DNA of 63,548 nucleotides, counting the filler, from Octopus bimaculoides (Eukaryota): NCBI RefSeq assembly GCF_001194135.2. It is 11 parts of 10 records of this genome, joined end to end, with 100 filler letters (N's around TTAATTAATTAA, not from the genome) between each part and the next. Parts side by side here need not be neighbours in the genome. Positions count along the whole stretch, not along the records: positions 1 to 15,272 come from NC_068981.1; 10 more parts are not named here. One strand, given 5' to 3'. The notes beneath the pieces are model-generated. The model saw only the letters and a program-made list of their open reading frames with translations. It ran no database searches and was not told where the DNA came from. The first letter of the stretch is position 1; every line of letters begins with the position of its first letter. A program made the translations under genes and the position numbers. Shown one piece after another: positions 1-12,526 of the stretch.

Positions 1-53
<53 letters not shown>

Positions 54-58
54 ATACA
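1..58. repeat. (TA)n(TG)n compound microsatellite
   Basis: Direct reading of the sequence. Confidence 0.98.
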
Positions 59-1275
59 TATGCGTGTGAATGTATGTATATCTTTGTGTCAGTCTCTGTC
101 CCTCCCACCACTTTACAACCGATGATGGTGTGTTTACATCCTCGTAAAATAGTTGTTCGACCCCTGCTTTTGTTTTAATACGGTACTGAAACGGGAGTGC
201 ATACACTTTCTGACTTCCCCTCGTGATTGGATTGAACTCAAAAATATTGCGTTCACAGGTTCTCTAGAATGAGTTACTCATCTCAAAATAGAAGCTGCTT
301 ACTACCATGGTTCTCAGCATCTAGTATAGTCTACCGCATCACTCGATAGCAAGATTACATATAGTGTAGTATTCATATTCATCATGCAACAGGCTGAGAT
401 TTAGTTAGCACCACTGGCGACGCGCTCTCTCCAACATTCAAGAATTGATGGGGCTGGCATTTAGTGTAGGGCTTTAAGTGATAATATTTCTTAGCACCAT
501 GTGTACCTGTGATAACATAACTAATATTCGATCATTCTATTTATTGTTAACAAAATGAATTGTGGATATTCTAAAGATATTTGTCTCGATATACTGTGAT
601 ATATCAATCCAATTTTGTCTGAAATGCTAAATTTTGACATAATAACCAAGATGGAGACATTATTCCAAATGTCTCAATCTTTGATAAATCTTTTTGTAAA
701 CTAAATCACTTAACCAAATATTTTTGCTAAAATAAGTATATAGTTCTTGCACCTCGGCTGTACATAAGTAACTATCAATGTATTTCACTCTCTTGATGAA
801 TTATGGCGTTATTCACATTACCTTCTCATCTGAAAGTGATGTAAGTTTTTAACGACTGAGACCTAGATATTTTCTTGTATTTTCTCTTTGATTTCTGTCA
901 TCATAATATCCTTTTATATTGTAAAATTTAGAATAGTCTGAATTTTATCATTCACTAGATCGTTAACTGACGTTAGGTAAAATGTTCAATTTATATTGTT
1001 TGTCTATTTAAGATGCTACATTTAGGACAAAATGTATTCGGTTTAAATACAAATATTCTTTGACAGAATTGTGAAGTTAATTTTGCTTGTATTTTCGTTG
1101 ACAGAAAAATACTTTTTGGGGCAGATCATTAAAATTTCGTTGCGCTGTCAGTGACAACCTTGTAATAACTTTAACTAAAAACGTGTTATTTCATATTCAG
1201 AGATCTTAACTTAGACAACTTATCCACAAATAACGTTCCTAGTCAAGATTTTTATTCTTCATTATAGTATACTAT

Positions 1276-1490
1276 TAAGGCGGTGAGCTGGCAGAAACAT
1301 TAGCATACTGGGTGAAATGCTTACCGTATTTCGTCTTTTACGTTCTGAGTTCAAATTCCGCCGAGGTCGACTTTACTTTTCATCCTTTCGGGGTCGATAA
1401 ATTAAGCACCAGTTGCGTACTGGGGTCGACTTAATAGGCTGGTCTCCTCCCCAAAAATTTAGGGCCTTGTGCCTAGAGTAGAAAAGATTA
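1276..1490 (+). mobile_element. SINE family A, near full-length copy
   Basis: aaggcggtgagctggcagaa...gttctgagttcaaattccgccgaggtcgac...catcctttcggggtcgataaattaag...ccttgtgcctagagtagaaaag. The same core recurs at 17735, 18967, 24813, 46041 and 63290; gagttcaaattcc resembles a Pol III B box. Confidence 0.85.
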
Positions 1491-2116
1491 TAATATACTT
1501 TCTTCGCTTATTTGAAAGTGATTTGGTTGCTATTTCCAGCAGCCTCTTATGTGTTTGTTTGGCAACCCAGTAAATCCGAACAAATCGCAGGCAAACTATA
1601 CTACTGTGTTTTGAGTAGTATAACACAGAAAAATATGAGAAAGTTGTAAGTTTAATGTAGACTACGTTCGTTGACAAAGAACAAGGGAAAACAAGTAGGA
1701 CAAAAAAAAAAGAAGCAAAATCAAAAGTACATTGTGACTGAAAATTTTTAATTTCAAAGAGGTCGTCTATGCTTTTCAAAGTATCATTTCTGTTAATGTA
1801 CATTGTTTCTTTTTTCAGTTCTTTTGTCCATTTTCCCACTCATCTTTCATGTCTGTCCATTGTTTCTACCTTACTACATCGTCTGTTGACTTGTCATAAA
1901 TCATCAGTGTCGTATTTACTTTTACTTCTCTGTCCTGCAGTGAATGCAACCTTTAGGCACTTATATTGATTTAGCATTTATCATTATACAAATTAACTTT
2001 TCTTTACATCCTAGCATACTTTTCTAGTGTATTTTATGAATGATATATTCTTTCTTTGCTGTGGTATAGATGGTCTGATAATAAAACTTCGTAGAAATAA
2101 GCATATATGCTTTGTG

Positions 2117-2990
2117 GATCTGTTCAGCTTCGCTCATAAATTTTTGAATTTTTTTTTCTTTTAACTAAACAGTTTGAAACTTCATATACTGGTGTAATTT
2201 CTCACGTTCAGCACGGTTTATTTTTAACATATTTGACAATTATTTCGTGTTAAACTTGTCGTATTTGGGTAATTTTAACCAATCAACGACGTGTATTGAG
2301 TTAAAGAAAGCTACTGCTGTTTGCGATAGATTTCGAAGAGGAACAACTTCCGGGTCATCTCTACTAAATGTCAACATTCTAGAGAAACTTTCAGCCTCAA
2401 GAAAGACGATGCCAACATTATCCTTTCTTCCTTCCTAGTCAGCACCGTGCATCCTTTACTCTTTCCCTCTCTACTGGCATACAGCCACTTCTACAATACC
2501 AACTACCAGTCAACGAGCGAACGTATCACTGCCACTACAATTACTTCTGTCTCTCCAACTACATGTCGGGCAAACGAATAAATATATGTAAATAATATTT
2601 CTTCCTTCTTGGTCTTGATTCTTCGATGTTTACTAGTTACTCCGACGCGAGAACCAAAAACAAAAAAGAGGAGTGTAATATGCAACAAAAATCTATAAAA
2701 GAACAGAGTTGTGACATTTAGTAGAGATGACCCGGAAATTGTTCCTCTTCGATTACTTACGCAAAAAGCAGTAGCTTTCTTTAACTCATTACACTTCGTT
2801 GATTGGTTAAAATTACCCAAATGCGACAACTTTAACACGAAATAACTTCTAAAATACGAAATTTTGTCAAAAACGTTGAAATAAAACCGTGTTGAGTGGG
2901 AGAAATTGCACCAGTATACGAAGTTTCAAATTGTTCAGTAAAAAATAAATAATAATAATTTTAAAATCTGTGACCCAAACTGACTAGATC
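2117..2990. mobile_element. Foldback/MITE-like element with ~260-bp imperfect inverted arms
   Basis: 2117-2373 is the diverged reverse complement of 2712-2990 (e.g. gggtaattttaaccaatcaacg / cgttgattggttaaaattaccc; ccgggtcatctctactaaatgtca / tgacatttagtagagatgacccgg); ~340-bp spacer. Confidence 0.85.
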
Positions 2991-3319
2991 CTGCTTTGTT
3001 GATGGTTTTATTTGACGTATTGTGATAATACATATCTACTGATATTAGGTCATTTGTGATTTAGTTTTATAATTTTCAAATATGTTTCTCTCACATTTTC
3101 TAATTCTTTTTCTAATATCGTATGTAAGGATATAGCTAGAATTAATAATGAGGTAAAAAAATTCAGGTATTCGGAGAATGGTAGATTATTTGAATTTATA
3201 ACTGTGACTCTCCATACAAGGATGGCGATTCCAAAAATTCAGTGGGTGCTTTAGCTTGATTTGAATTATCAAAAATATTTTAACTGCTTTTATTAAATTA
3301 TTTGCCCTTCACCGCTTTA

Positions 3320-3353
<34 letters not shown>

Positions 3354-3360
3354 TATTGAG

Positions 3361-3450
3361 AATATATGATGAGGGAAGTATAGAGGATGGCTATGGTTGG
3401 AGTTAGCTCGCCCATGCCACCCTATATCTTCCCGAAACGGCCGTCAGACT
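3361..3450 (+). ncRNA. Degenerate hammerhead-ribozyme-like motif (Penelope-type)
   Basis: (A)UGAUGA-GGGAAG...CUUCCC-GAAA-CGGCCG-UC; long helix II; palindromic helix III ACGGCCGU. C3 is replaced by A and helix I is not supported. Confidence 0.55.
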
Positions 3451-3794
3451 TTGCAGGATTCGACAGGATTCCTCTTAAAATCCTTTTATTCTAACTTCGT
3501 CATCTACCCTCTTCATTGATTTAATACGGACATTCAACCTCGCAAGGACATTTATGTATTTATATATTTATCTATTTATATATCTTTTTATATGTATATA
3601 TATTTATAAGTTTTTATATATTCTTATATTTATAAATTCTTGTGAATTTTTACTATATCTTGTGTATATGAATGTGCCTATGTCTGTTGTGGAGAATGAC
3701 GACAATTTAAAATGTATTGAGTGAATATGAACACTGACCGTTGAAATTTGTTCTGTCGTTTTTTTTTTTAATTCCATAATCCTGAAGCTCTATT

Positions 3795-3877
3795 AGAGCG
3801 CTAAATCGTTATGCTGTATAAAGTTGATAATTACATCATTTACTTCTTCGTTATTCAGCATAACGATTTAGCGCTCT
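3795..3877. repeat. 22-bp perfect inverted repeat with 39-nt spacer
   Basis: agagcgctaaatcgttatgctg (3795-3816) / cagcataacgatttagcgctct (3856-3877); the right arm abuts an N gap. Confidence 0.85.
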
Positions 3878-4022
3878 NNNNNNNNNNAATAAATGAGTGG
3901 ACAAACGAAAGAGAAGGCCAATGAACATATTTGTAGGGGCTACATATATTATTTAAAACAGCTTGGTTCTGTTAGAATAGAAACCGAATCAAGCAGTTTC
4001 ATATAATATGTATATATATGTG

Positions 4023-4057
<35 letters not shown>

Positions 4058-5189
4058 TTATTAATATTTCTAAGTCTCTCTAAAGGAGACTACGGCAGCG
4101 GTACTGGAAATTAATAGTTATCGCCAAGCCAACATGGCAGTCCCAAAATTAGGACGAAAGCTGCCGTGAATTAGCTCCAAGAAGCCATCGTCTCTAGCTA
4201 GCTATGTGACACACGAAATCTGTGTCCTATATATATATATATATATATAGTCTCTAAAAGTTTTATATATGAATGTGCGAGTAATATGTGCTCAGATTTG
4301 TTCATGACAATGTTCTAGTAGTATTAACATTATTATTATTTAAAGGAAATCATCATATTTGTTGTGTTGGCGATTGTTATGGTGGTGATGGTTTACCGCT
4401 GAAAGACAATTTTCGTAGAATCTCATGGTTTGACCTTTCATAATATGTTTTCTTGAAGAGAGGTTATATTTGTTCATTTTATTTTCTTATTTGTTATATT
4501 TATAAAGAAAAGGATAGATTAATCGTCTAGATTGAGTGGAATATACTTGATTTATTTATTTGTTAGTTAAGCCTTCACAGTAGAAAGAATGTTCGATACA
4601 TCTTGGGTGGTGACGGCGGAGGCGGGTATTACCTAAAATAGCAGTATCCAGCTTCCTCTTTCGGAGAAATCAAAGAAATTGGAAACATTCTGTGTACGAA
4701 GAAAAATTTCCGAAACACCAATTCTAAAATAATATTGATAAAAACATTAATATATACATGAATGGAGCCTCTGATTTATTTATTCTTAAAACAATTTTTC
4801 TATATCAACCAATCTACAGTATTATACATTTATTTACTAATTCATTCGTGAGTAATTGGGTACGTTTCGTGAAATCTATCTTTAGCTACATTATAATAAA
4901 ACTGGAATGTATCCAGAGTTGTTTTTGCGCTCCCTAGCAAAATGGACATAATTTACTGATATTTATTCTGTCTCGGAACGTAATTATTATTTGTAATTAA
5001 TATTTTAGTATCCCTGCATTAAATGAGTCGATAATAACAAAGCTAACTCAAATACAGTCAATATAGAAATGTAAAATATTTAATTTAATTCCAACAACAC
5101 TGGAAGGACGAACCTTAGCAACAAAAGTAGGGAGAATAATAACCTTTGATATAGGTATATGATTATAGATTTGGAGAAAAAGGTCATAT

Positions 5190-5790
5190 CAATCCCGGTG
5201 TGTCAGTGGTATCTAATTTTATCCACGTCGGAAGGATGGAAGGCGATGTCAACAACGGTAGAATTTGAACTGAGTCGAAATATATATTCATTTCAAATCT
5301 TGGCACAAGACCAGCAAATTTCAGGGAAGGGTTTTAAGTCGATTAAATCGACCCAGGTGCTCACCTGGTACTCACTTCATCGACCCCGAAAAGGATGAAA
5401 AGCCAAGAGGACCTCAGCAGACTTTGAATTAAGAATGCGAAGACGGGCGAAACGCCACCAAGCATTGCGACTTTCATGTTAACGATTCTGCAAACTCATC
5501 GCCTTAGTACAAAGAAAAAATGGTTTCCAATTTCGGTACGATGCCAGTTTCAAGGAGTGGGTACGTCAATTAAATCGACCCCATTGGTTTACTGGTTTTA
5601 ATTTAACGATCTCGAAAGAACGAATGCCAACGACGTCCTCGGCATATTTTGAACCCAGAACATATAGACTGACGAAATGCAGCTAAGCATTTTACTCGGC
5701 GCCCCAACGATTCTGTCAGTTCGCTGCCTTAGTCGAAAGGAATATTGCAAAGCATTTTATCCGGCGTACTAATTATTCTGAAAATCGTCC
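5190..5790 (-). mobile_element. Cluster of 3-4 diverged SINE family A copies, head to tail
   Basis: Repeated reverse-complement cores (atcgaccccgaaaaggatgaaa, gaatttgaact, gactttgaatt) at ~5193-5280, 5300-5507, 5525-5731, plus a partial copy to 5790. Confidence 0.7.
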
Positions 5791-6279
5791 AACGAAAGAC
5801 GCTTTGTGGTAATTAGGACAATGAATTTAGAAGCATTAACCCGATTTTGCTAAAAAGTGGATTATCCTTGCTTTGCATAGTAAAACAAGGAAATACAGCT
5901 AGTGTCTTGAACAAAAGGGAATTCAAAATCACAAAACACGCGTAAACAATGTGAGGAGATTACTCTTCTTTTAGGTCAGTTAATATATTATTCTCAACAG
6001 AAGCTGACGGACTACTTCACTCTCTAACCGATGACAATAGTGAACTATACTGTCAACACTGCTGCCTTTAGGGGCACAGTGGCAACTTTAAGAGGTATAA
6101 CATTTGTTAAACTGACAGCAATGGCAACAGAAACCGAGGTAATTTTAGTTTTCAGAGTAGCAATGTAGTGATATGCAAAAACAGAGATCCGAATTATTGC
6201 AATGTGTTTGGTATCAGAATTTTCGAATTAGCATTTATTGAACTACAAGCTGTGAACCTTAAATTTACGTAGATAATTT

Positions 6280-7500
6280 CTTACATCTCTCAGGTGAATG
6301 CAGAATTTAGAAATCCTAATAAACTTATAAGAGATAATAGAAATAAGCGGTTGTGTGAGATGTTTGATTGTCTTAGAAATTTTATTCAAATACACCAAAT
6401 ATGCTCTCTCTTGATTTAGTTTATGCATATTGCATTTGCAGCTGACATATCATATTCTCAGTTGTGTATGCTGGCGTATGGTTGAAGTGCTGATTGAATG
6501 TCGCAGAATAGAAATATAGTAGTCATGCTACATGCGAAACGATGTCAAATACTTCTAAAATAAATGTTAGCTGAGTGGTTTATGATTTCTCCATGTTGAG
6601 GTGTCGAGGATGCATGAATGTGAGCTTCCGTCTTATATAACTATATGAGTGCAAATCAATTGATATCAATAGTAAACCTTCTATCAGGGTTGATCATGGT
6701 ACTTAGTGTTGTTCTTAGTAGCTTCAATCATGATTTCTGAGAGAGGATTCTCCATGATCCCTCTATGTTTCTGGCTGTACGGCTTCTGCTACGAAAGCTG
6801 TATTTAGTAATATGCCTTTCACTCAAAATTTAAAACAGTAGGGTTTCATTCTTATATACGCAGATAACGTCAAGTGTTTACTATTGGATATTACAGTCAT
6901 TGAAATATCCATTACCACAACGAAAGAACACAAAGTTTCAGAAACAGAACTCAGTAAGGAATGCAGGTCGGTGGACTTGTGTATTAGAAACTGGAGAAGA
7001 AAATCCATGTCTATCAGCATCTACGGTTGAAGCTAAGGAACAGTTAAGTGGCTTCTACTCAATATCATTCGGGACCTTCAGGTGGATAGGAACATTGAAA
7101 AGGCTGCGAGCAGGGGAGCCATGAGATTAAAGCAATGTCTCTCTGCAAGTGTCTGTATTATTACCTTGTTCTTCTTTGCTCTAATCTGCATCATATCTAA
7201 GCGAAGCGTTATGTCTTACCTGTCATATAGAGAGGACATTTTCCGCTCGAGATATCAAACTACTGTCGATACTAACAGCACAAATTTCAGTATTGGTAAT
7301 GTATAGCGTTACGTTTAGGCTGCAAAAACCCACCAAATTTCCAGACAGTTGAAGCTTCCAGTTTTCATTTCCCAGACTACTGTTACGACAATTATTTTTT
7401 GTAACAGAAGCGATATATCTTAGGAGACTGCCGAGTGTAATAATTACATCTACTTTCAAGTCTGAAATTGCGGCGGGTAGATGGTGAACTATTTCACTGC
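6280..7500 (+). mobile_element. Highly decayed LINE reverse-transcriptase remnant (RTE-like)
   Basis: Frame fragments LIYADNVK (YADD-like, ~6851), ELSKECRSVDLCI (resembles the RTE post-YADD motif) and SKRSVMSYLSYRED; many stops and frameshifts. Confidence 0.4.
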
Positions 7501-7918
7501 GCAGTGGAATAACGAGAGAAATGTTCAAGGGAAAATATATTGTAATACTTAGATGTCCATTAAAATCAGTTAAACAGACTAACCTAGGGTAAATTTAATA
7601 TTCATTCAAAGCAGAAATATCATAACAGACAAAAAATGCATTGTGATAGGTATACATCGATTTACTTTTAGGAATTAAAAAGACTAGAGGATGGTTCGTG
7701 TCTATCCAGCAGACTATACTATTAATAATGTTTTGGTTTTTGCCGTGTGTGAAAAATATTCTAAAATTAAATTATTCGAAGGACAGAATCTAGAAAGCTA
7801 GATTACGTTTCTATGTGCATGATTCACAGAAAAGTACACTCAATGTACATACTCATATAGCTACACACACACGCATACACACACGCACACACACATACAC
7901 ACACATACACACACATAT

Positions 7919-8404
7919 ACACAGGAACGTGTAAAAGTCTTCGGCCACTTTAAAAGATTGTAAATTTCTGCGAATTGCTCACTTATAAGAGGTTGTTTCC
8001 CATTGTGTTTGTTGTAATATTGGTCCTATTGGAATATTTTCCATACCTAATCATTATATTTCGTAGTAGGGGATCTGAATGAGAGAAGAAGTTGCGGGAC
8101 GACCTTCAAAACTAGCTGTACAAAAGTATTCGGCCACCTCACATAAACCAAGCAAGATACAATGTTTTAAAACAGAAAAATGTCTATAATGAAAAGTAAT
8201 TACATAATGTTTATTTCAAAATGTTACTCTACATTTTTAATATTTCGTGTGTATTTCCTTCGTTTGAATAATTCCTTCAATACGCATGGAAAGAGGTGCG
8301 TACAAATCCTGCACCATCTTCACAGGTATGAGATGCCATTACTCTTCAAGATTGCAAAGATTCTTCTAACGAAATCTTCTCTTCAGTTCTGTTCTCATTT
8401 GTTC
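7919..8404 (-). mobile_element. Tc1-like DNA transposon 3' end with IR/DR-type terminus
   Basis: The minus strand reads ...EE*WHLIPVKMVQDLYAPLSMRIEGIIQTKEIHTKY* (Tc1 transposase C-terminus pattern). The direct repeat aaaagt(c/a)ttcggccac occurs at ~7933 and ~8122, about 190 bp apart. Confidence 0.6.
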
Positions 8405-8479
8405 GGTATTTCATCATGGCCGGTATGACAGACTGTAACAGACTGTTACAGTCTGTCATACCGGCCATGATGAAATACC
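8405..8479. repeat. Perfect 75-bp palindrome (37-bp arms, 1-nt centre)
   Basis: ggtatttcatcatggccggtatgacagactgtaacag-a-ctgttacagtctgtcataccggccatgatgaaatacc. Confidence 0.97.
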
Positions 8480-8506
8480 ACAAGGCATAGAAAATACGTA
8501 TTCGCC
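8463..8506 (+). ncRNA. Hammerhead-like motif with variant core
   Basis: GGC-C(A)UGAUGA-[weak helix II]-GAAA-AUACGUAU-UC-GCC; helix I GGC/GCC; palindromic helix III AAUACGUAUU. Confidence 0.4.
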
Positions 8507-9318
8507 TTTATATATTTATATATTTAATCCTTTATATTGAACACTCAGTATTTCATATATTCAATAATACATATTCCATATATTCAATAAGACATTCAAT
8601 ACTTCATTTCATTGTACCATCCATCTTTTTTTATATTATATATTATATATACCATATTCTATATCCCACTTAAATTTTACAAGAATATAAATAAAAAACA
8701 TAAAGAACAGACAGAGTTGGAACTCTTTTAAATAAAATAATATATTCCTCTATACACGATCATACAAACCCCTTTTTTGTATTTATTTTTACTCACATAT
8801 ATATATATACATGCATATGTCTNNNNNNNNNNNNNNNNNNNNNNNNNNNNNNNNNNNNNNNNNNNNNNNNNNNNNNNNNNNNNNNNNNNNNNNNNNNNNN
8901 NNNNNNNNNNNNNNNNNNNNNNNNNNNNNNNNNNNNNNNNNNNNNNNNNNNNNNNNNNNNNNNNNNNNNNNNNNNNNNNNNNNNNNNNNNNNNNNNNNNN
9001 NNNNNNNNNNNNNNNNNNNNNNNNNNNNNNNNNNNNNNNNNNNNNNNNNNNNNNNNNNNNNNNNNNNNNNNNNNNNNNNNNNNNNNNNNNNNNNNNNNNN
9101 NNNNNNNNNNNNNNNNNNNNNNNNNNNNNNNNNNNNNNNNNNNNNNNNNNNNNNNNNNNNNNNNNNNNNNNNNNNNNNNNNNNNNNNNNNNNNNNNNNNN
9201 NNNNNNNNNNNNNNNNNNNNNNNNNNNNNNNNNNNNNNNNNNNNNNNNNNNNNNNNNNTATATATATGTATGTATGTATGTATATACATGTATATATATG
9301 CATATATATTCGTATATA

Positions 9319-9353
<35 letters not shown>

Positions 9354-9689
9354 GTTTCGATACAAATGTTTCGATAGATACAGGTCTTCGAATATACAGG
9401 ATTTATAGTTAAGCTCACATTTTAAATTATGTAACAATTTACCTGTTTAAGAAGATATATATGTATCTCCTCAGACGATTCTCAGTTGCTGTCCCCGCAA
9501 GTAAACTTAGATATAGATGCTATAACATGGTTGTTGTAGCATGGAAATCTAAGTGTACTTACGGGGACAGCAACTGAGTATCGCCTGAGGAGATACATAT
9601 AGCTCATCTTAGACAGGTAAAGTTTTAAATAATTTAATTTAAACTTAACTATAAATCCTGTGTATACGAGGATTTGTATGTATCGAAAC
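9354..9689. mobile_element. ~335-bp foldback hairpin element (MITE-like)
   Basis: Arms gtttcgatac...ctcctcagacgattctcagttgctgtccccgcaagtaaacttagat and their reverse complement atctaagtgtacttacggggacagcaactgagtatcgcctgaggag...gtatcgaaac; loop of ~4 nt at 9528-9531. Confidence 0.88.
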
Positions 9690-10862
9690 TTTTGTAGCGA
9701 TTAAAAAGCTGCCTAACCGTACTTACTCTTCCTTTTGACTATTTGACTTTTTATGTGTATACATATATTTGTATATATGTATATATATATATATNNNNNN
9801 NNNNNNNNNNNNNNNNNNNNNNNNNNNNNNNNNNNNNNNNNNNNNNNNNNNNNNNNNNNNNNNNNNNNNNNNNNNNNNNNNNNNNNNNNNNNNNNNNNNN
9901 NNNNNNNNNNNNNNNNNNNNNNNNNNNNNNNNNNNNNNNNNNNNNNNNNNNNNNNNNNNNNNNNNNNNNNNNNNNNNNNNNNNNNNNNNNNNNNNNNNNN
10001 NNNNNNNNNNNNNNNNNNNNNNNNNNNNNNNNNNNNNNNNNNNNNNNNNNNNNNNNNNNNNNNNNNNNNNNNNNNNNNNNNNNNNNNNNNNNNNNNNNNN
10101 NNNNNNNNNNNNNNNNNNNNNNNNNNNNNNNNNNNNNNNNNNNNNNNNNNNNNNNNNNNNNNNNNNNNNNNNNNNNNNNNNNNNNNNNNNNNNNNACATA
10201 TATATATATATACACATATATATATATATATGAAGGTTCATTATATATAAATGTATATATAAAATGTATACACACATACATATACACACATGCTCACATA
10301 TCTATATATATATATCTATCTCTCTCTATATATATATATAAATATATATATATACACACACATACATATACATGTACATGTATTTCCATGTATGTGCGTG
10401 TGTATGGGTGTGTATATGGAGTGTAGGGTGTGTGCTGTGTAAGTTCTTGTCTACATTTACGGTTACAGGCTTGTGCAACATACAAAGAGCAACAGTTCTC
10501 AAGAAATATGTTGGACATATTTTTCCATTGCAGAACTAATTTCTTACAACATTACAGAATGAGAGTAAATGGAAATATCTTCGACAGCATATCGAAGTAA
10601 TTTTAAAACAGGGTACACTCGTATTCACAAACAAACACACATACATATCTACATTTATATGAAGATATACCTGTATATCTATGTTTTAACATGCATTTAA
10701 CTCTTATAACCGATAAAAGATTTATGAACTTATGTATATATATTATGCATCCCCTCCAAAACGGAGGAAAAAGCACAAAGAAAACAACAACGCGAGGACG
10801 TCATACATGCAAAGTATTAATAAGGGGGTCAGGGAATGATAGAAAGGCGCAGAAGTGGTATA

Positions 10863-11348
10863 GGCGCACGGGTGGCTGTGTGGTAACTAGCTCGCTTCCC
10901 AACCACATGCTTCCGGGTTCAGTCCCACTGCGTGGGACCTTGGGCAAGTGTCTTCTACTATAGCTTCGGGCCGACCAAAGCCTTGTGAGTGGATTTGGTA
11001 GAGGNNNNNNNNNNGTCCCACTGCGTGGGACCTTGGGCAAGTGTCTTCTACTATAGCTTCGGGCCGACCAAAGCCTTGTGAGTGGATTTGGTAGAGGAAA
11101 ACTGAAAGAAGCCCGTGGTATATATGTATATATATGTGTATGTATGTGTGTTTGTGTGTCTGTGTTTGTCACCCCACCATCGCTTGACAACCGATGCTGG
11201 TGTGTTTATGTCGCCGTAACTTAGCGGTTCGGCAAAGAGCTAGAATAAGTACTAGGCTTACAAAGAATAAGTCCTGGGGTCGATTTTCTCGACTAAAGGC
11301 GGCGTTCCAGCATGGCCACATTCAAATGACTGAAACAAAGAGTAAAGA
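10863..11348 (+). mobile_element. tRNA-derived SINE family B, full length, with internal (TA/TG)n
   Basis: A-box-like tggctgtgtggt and B-box-like ggttcagtccc; body matches the copies at 53485-53875, 28041-28432 (-), 57862-58010, 42185-42390 and 24537-24630. An ~83-bp duplication flanks the 10-N gap. Confidence 0.85.
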
Positions 11349-12467
11349 GTATATATATATATATATATATATATATANNNNNNNNNNNNNNNNNNNNNNN
11401 NNNNNNNNNNNNNNNNNNNNNNNNNNNNNNNNNNNNNNNNNNNNNNNNNNNNNNNNNNNNNNNNNNNNNNNNNNNNNNNNNNNNNNNNNNNNNNNNNNNN
11501 NNNNNNNNNNNNNNNNNNNNNNNNNNNNNNNNNNNNNNNNNNNNNNNNNNNNNNNNNNNNNNNNNNNNNNNNNNNNNNNNNNNNNNNNNNNNNNNNNNNN
11601 NNNNNNNNNNNNNNNNNNNNNNNNNNNNNNNNNNNNNNNNNNNNNNNNNNNNNNNNNNNNNNNNNNNNNNNNNNNNNNNNNNNNNNNNNNNNNNNNNNNN
11701 NNNNNNNNNNNNNNNNNNNNNNNNNNNNNNNNNNNNNNNNNNNNNNNNNNNNNNNNNNNNNNNNNNNNNNNNNNNNNNNNNNNNNNNNNNNNNNNNNNNN
11801 NNNNNNNNNNNNNNNNNNNNNNNNNNNNNNNNNNNNNNNNNNNNNNNNNNNNNNNNNNNNNNNNNNNNNNNNNNNNNNNNNNNNNNNNNNNNNNNNNNNN
11901 NNNNNNNNNNNNNNNNNNNNNNNNNNNNNNNNNNNNNNNNNNNNNNNNNNNNNNNNNNNNNNNNNNNNNNNNNNNNNNNNNNNNNNNNNNNNNNNNNNNN
12001 NNNNNNNNNNNNNNNNNNNNNNNNNNNNNNNNNNNNNNNNNNNNNNNNNNNNNNNNNNNNNNNNNNNNNNNNNNNNNNNNNNNNNNNNNNNNNNNNNNNN
12101 NNNNNNNNNNNNNNNNNNNNNNNNNNNNNNNNNNNNNNNNNNNNNNNTATATATATATGTATATAAATAATCTGTGTATATATATATTGACACATGTACA
12201 CACACACCAACTCACGCACCAAAACGCATATTTAAGCAACCGTTTCCAAACTTTCATTCCCTTCCAAGTTAAAGAAATGATCGAAAATTTACCAAAAATT
12301 CCCCAGGATTATAAACTGATAGATCACTGTATGTGTGGGTGTATGCATCGCTATGCTTGTGTTTCTGTGTGCTTAAACACACACACAAAGACACACACAC
12401 ACACACACACATTTATATGCATATATATATATATGTATATACATATATATATCTATATCTATCTATC

Positions 12468-12526
<59 letters not shown>

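Noticed and set aside
7082-7306. ORF resembling a type II membrane protein N-terminus (MRLKQCLSASVCIITLFFFALICII...)
   Set aside because: It lies in a decayed LINE RT region, stops after ~60 codons, and has no convincing splice donor or recognisable domain.
9575-9625. CUGAGGA in the foldback arms as a hammerhead core
   Set aside because: No GAAA or helix III follows on either arm.
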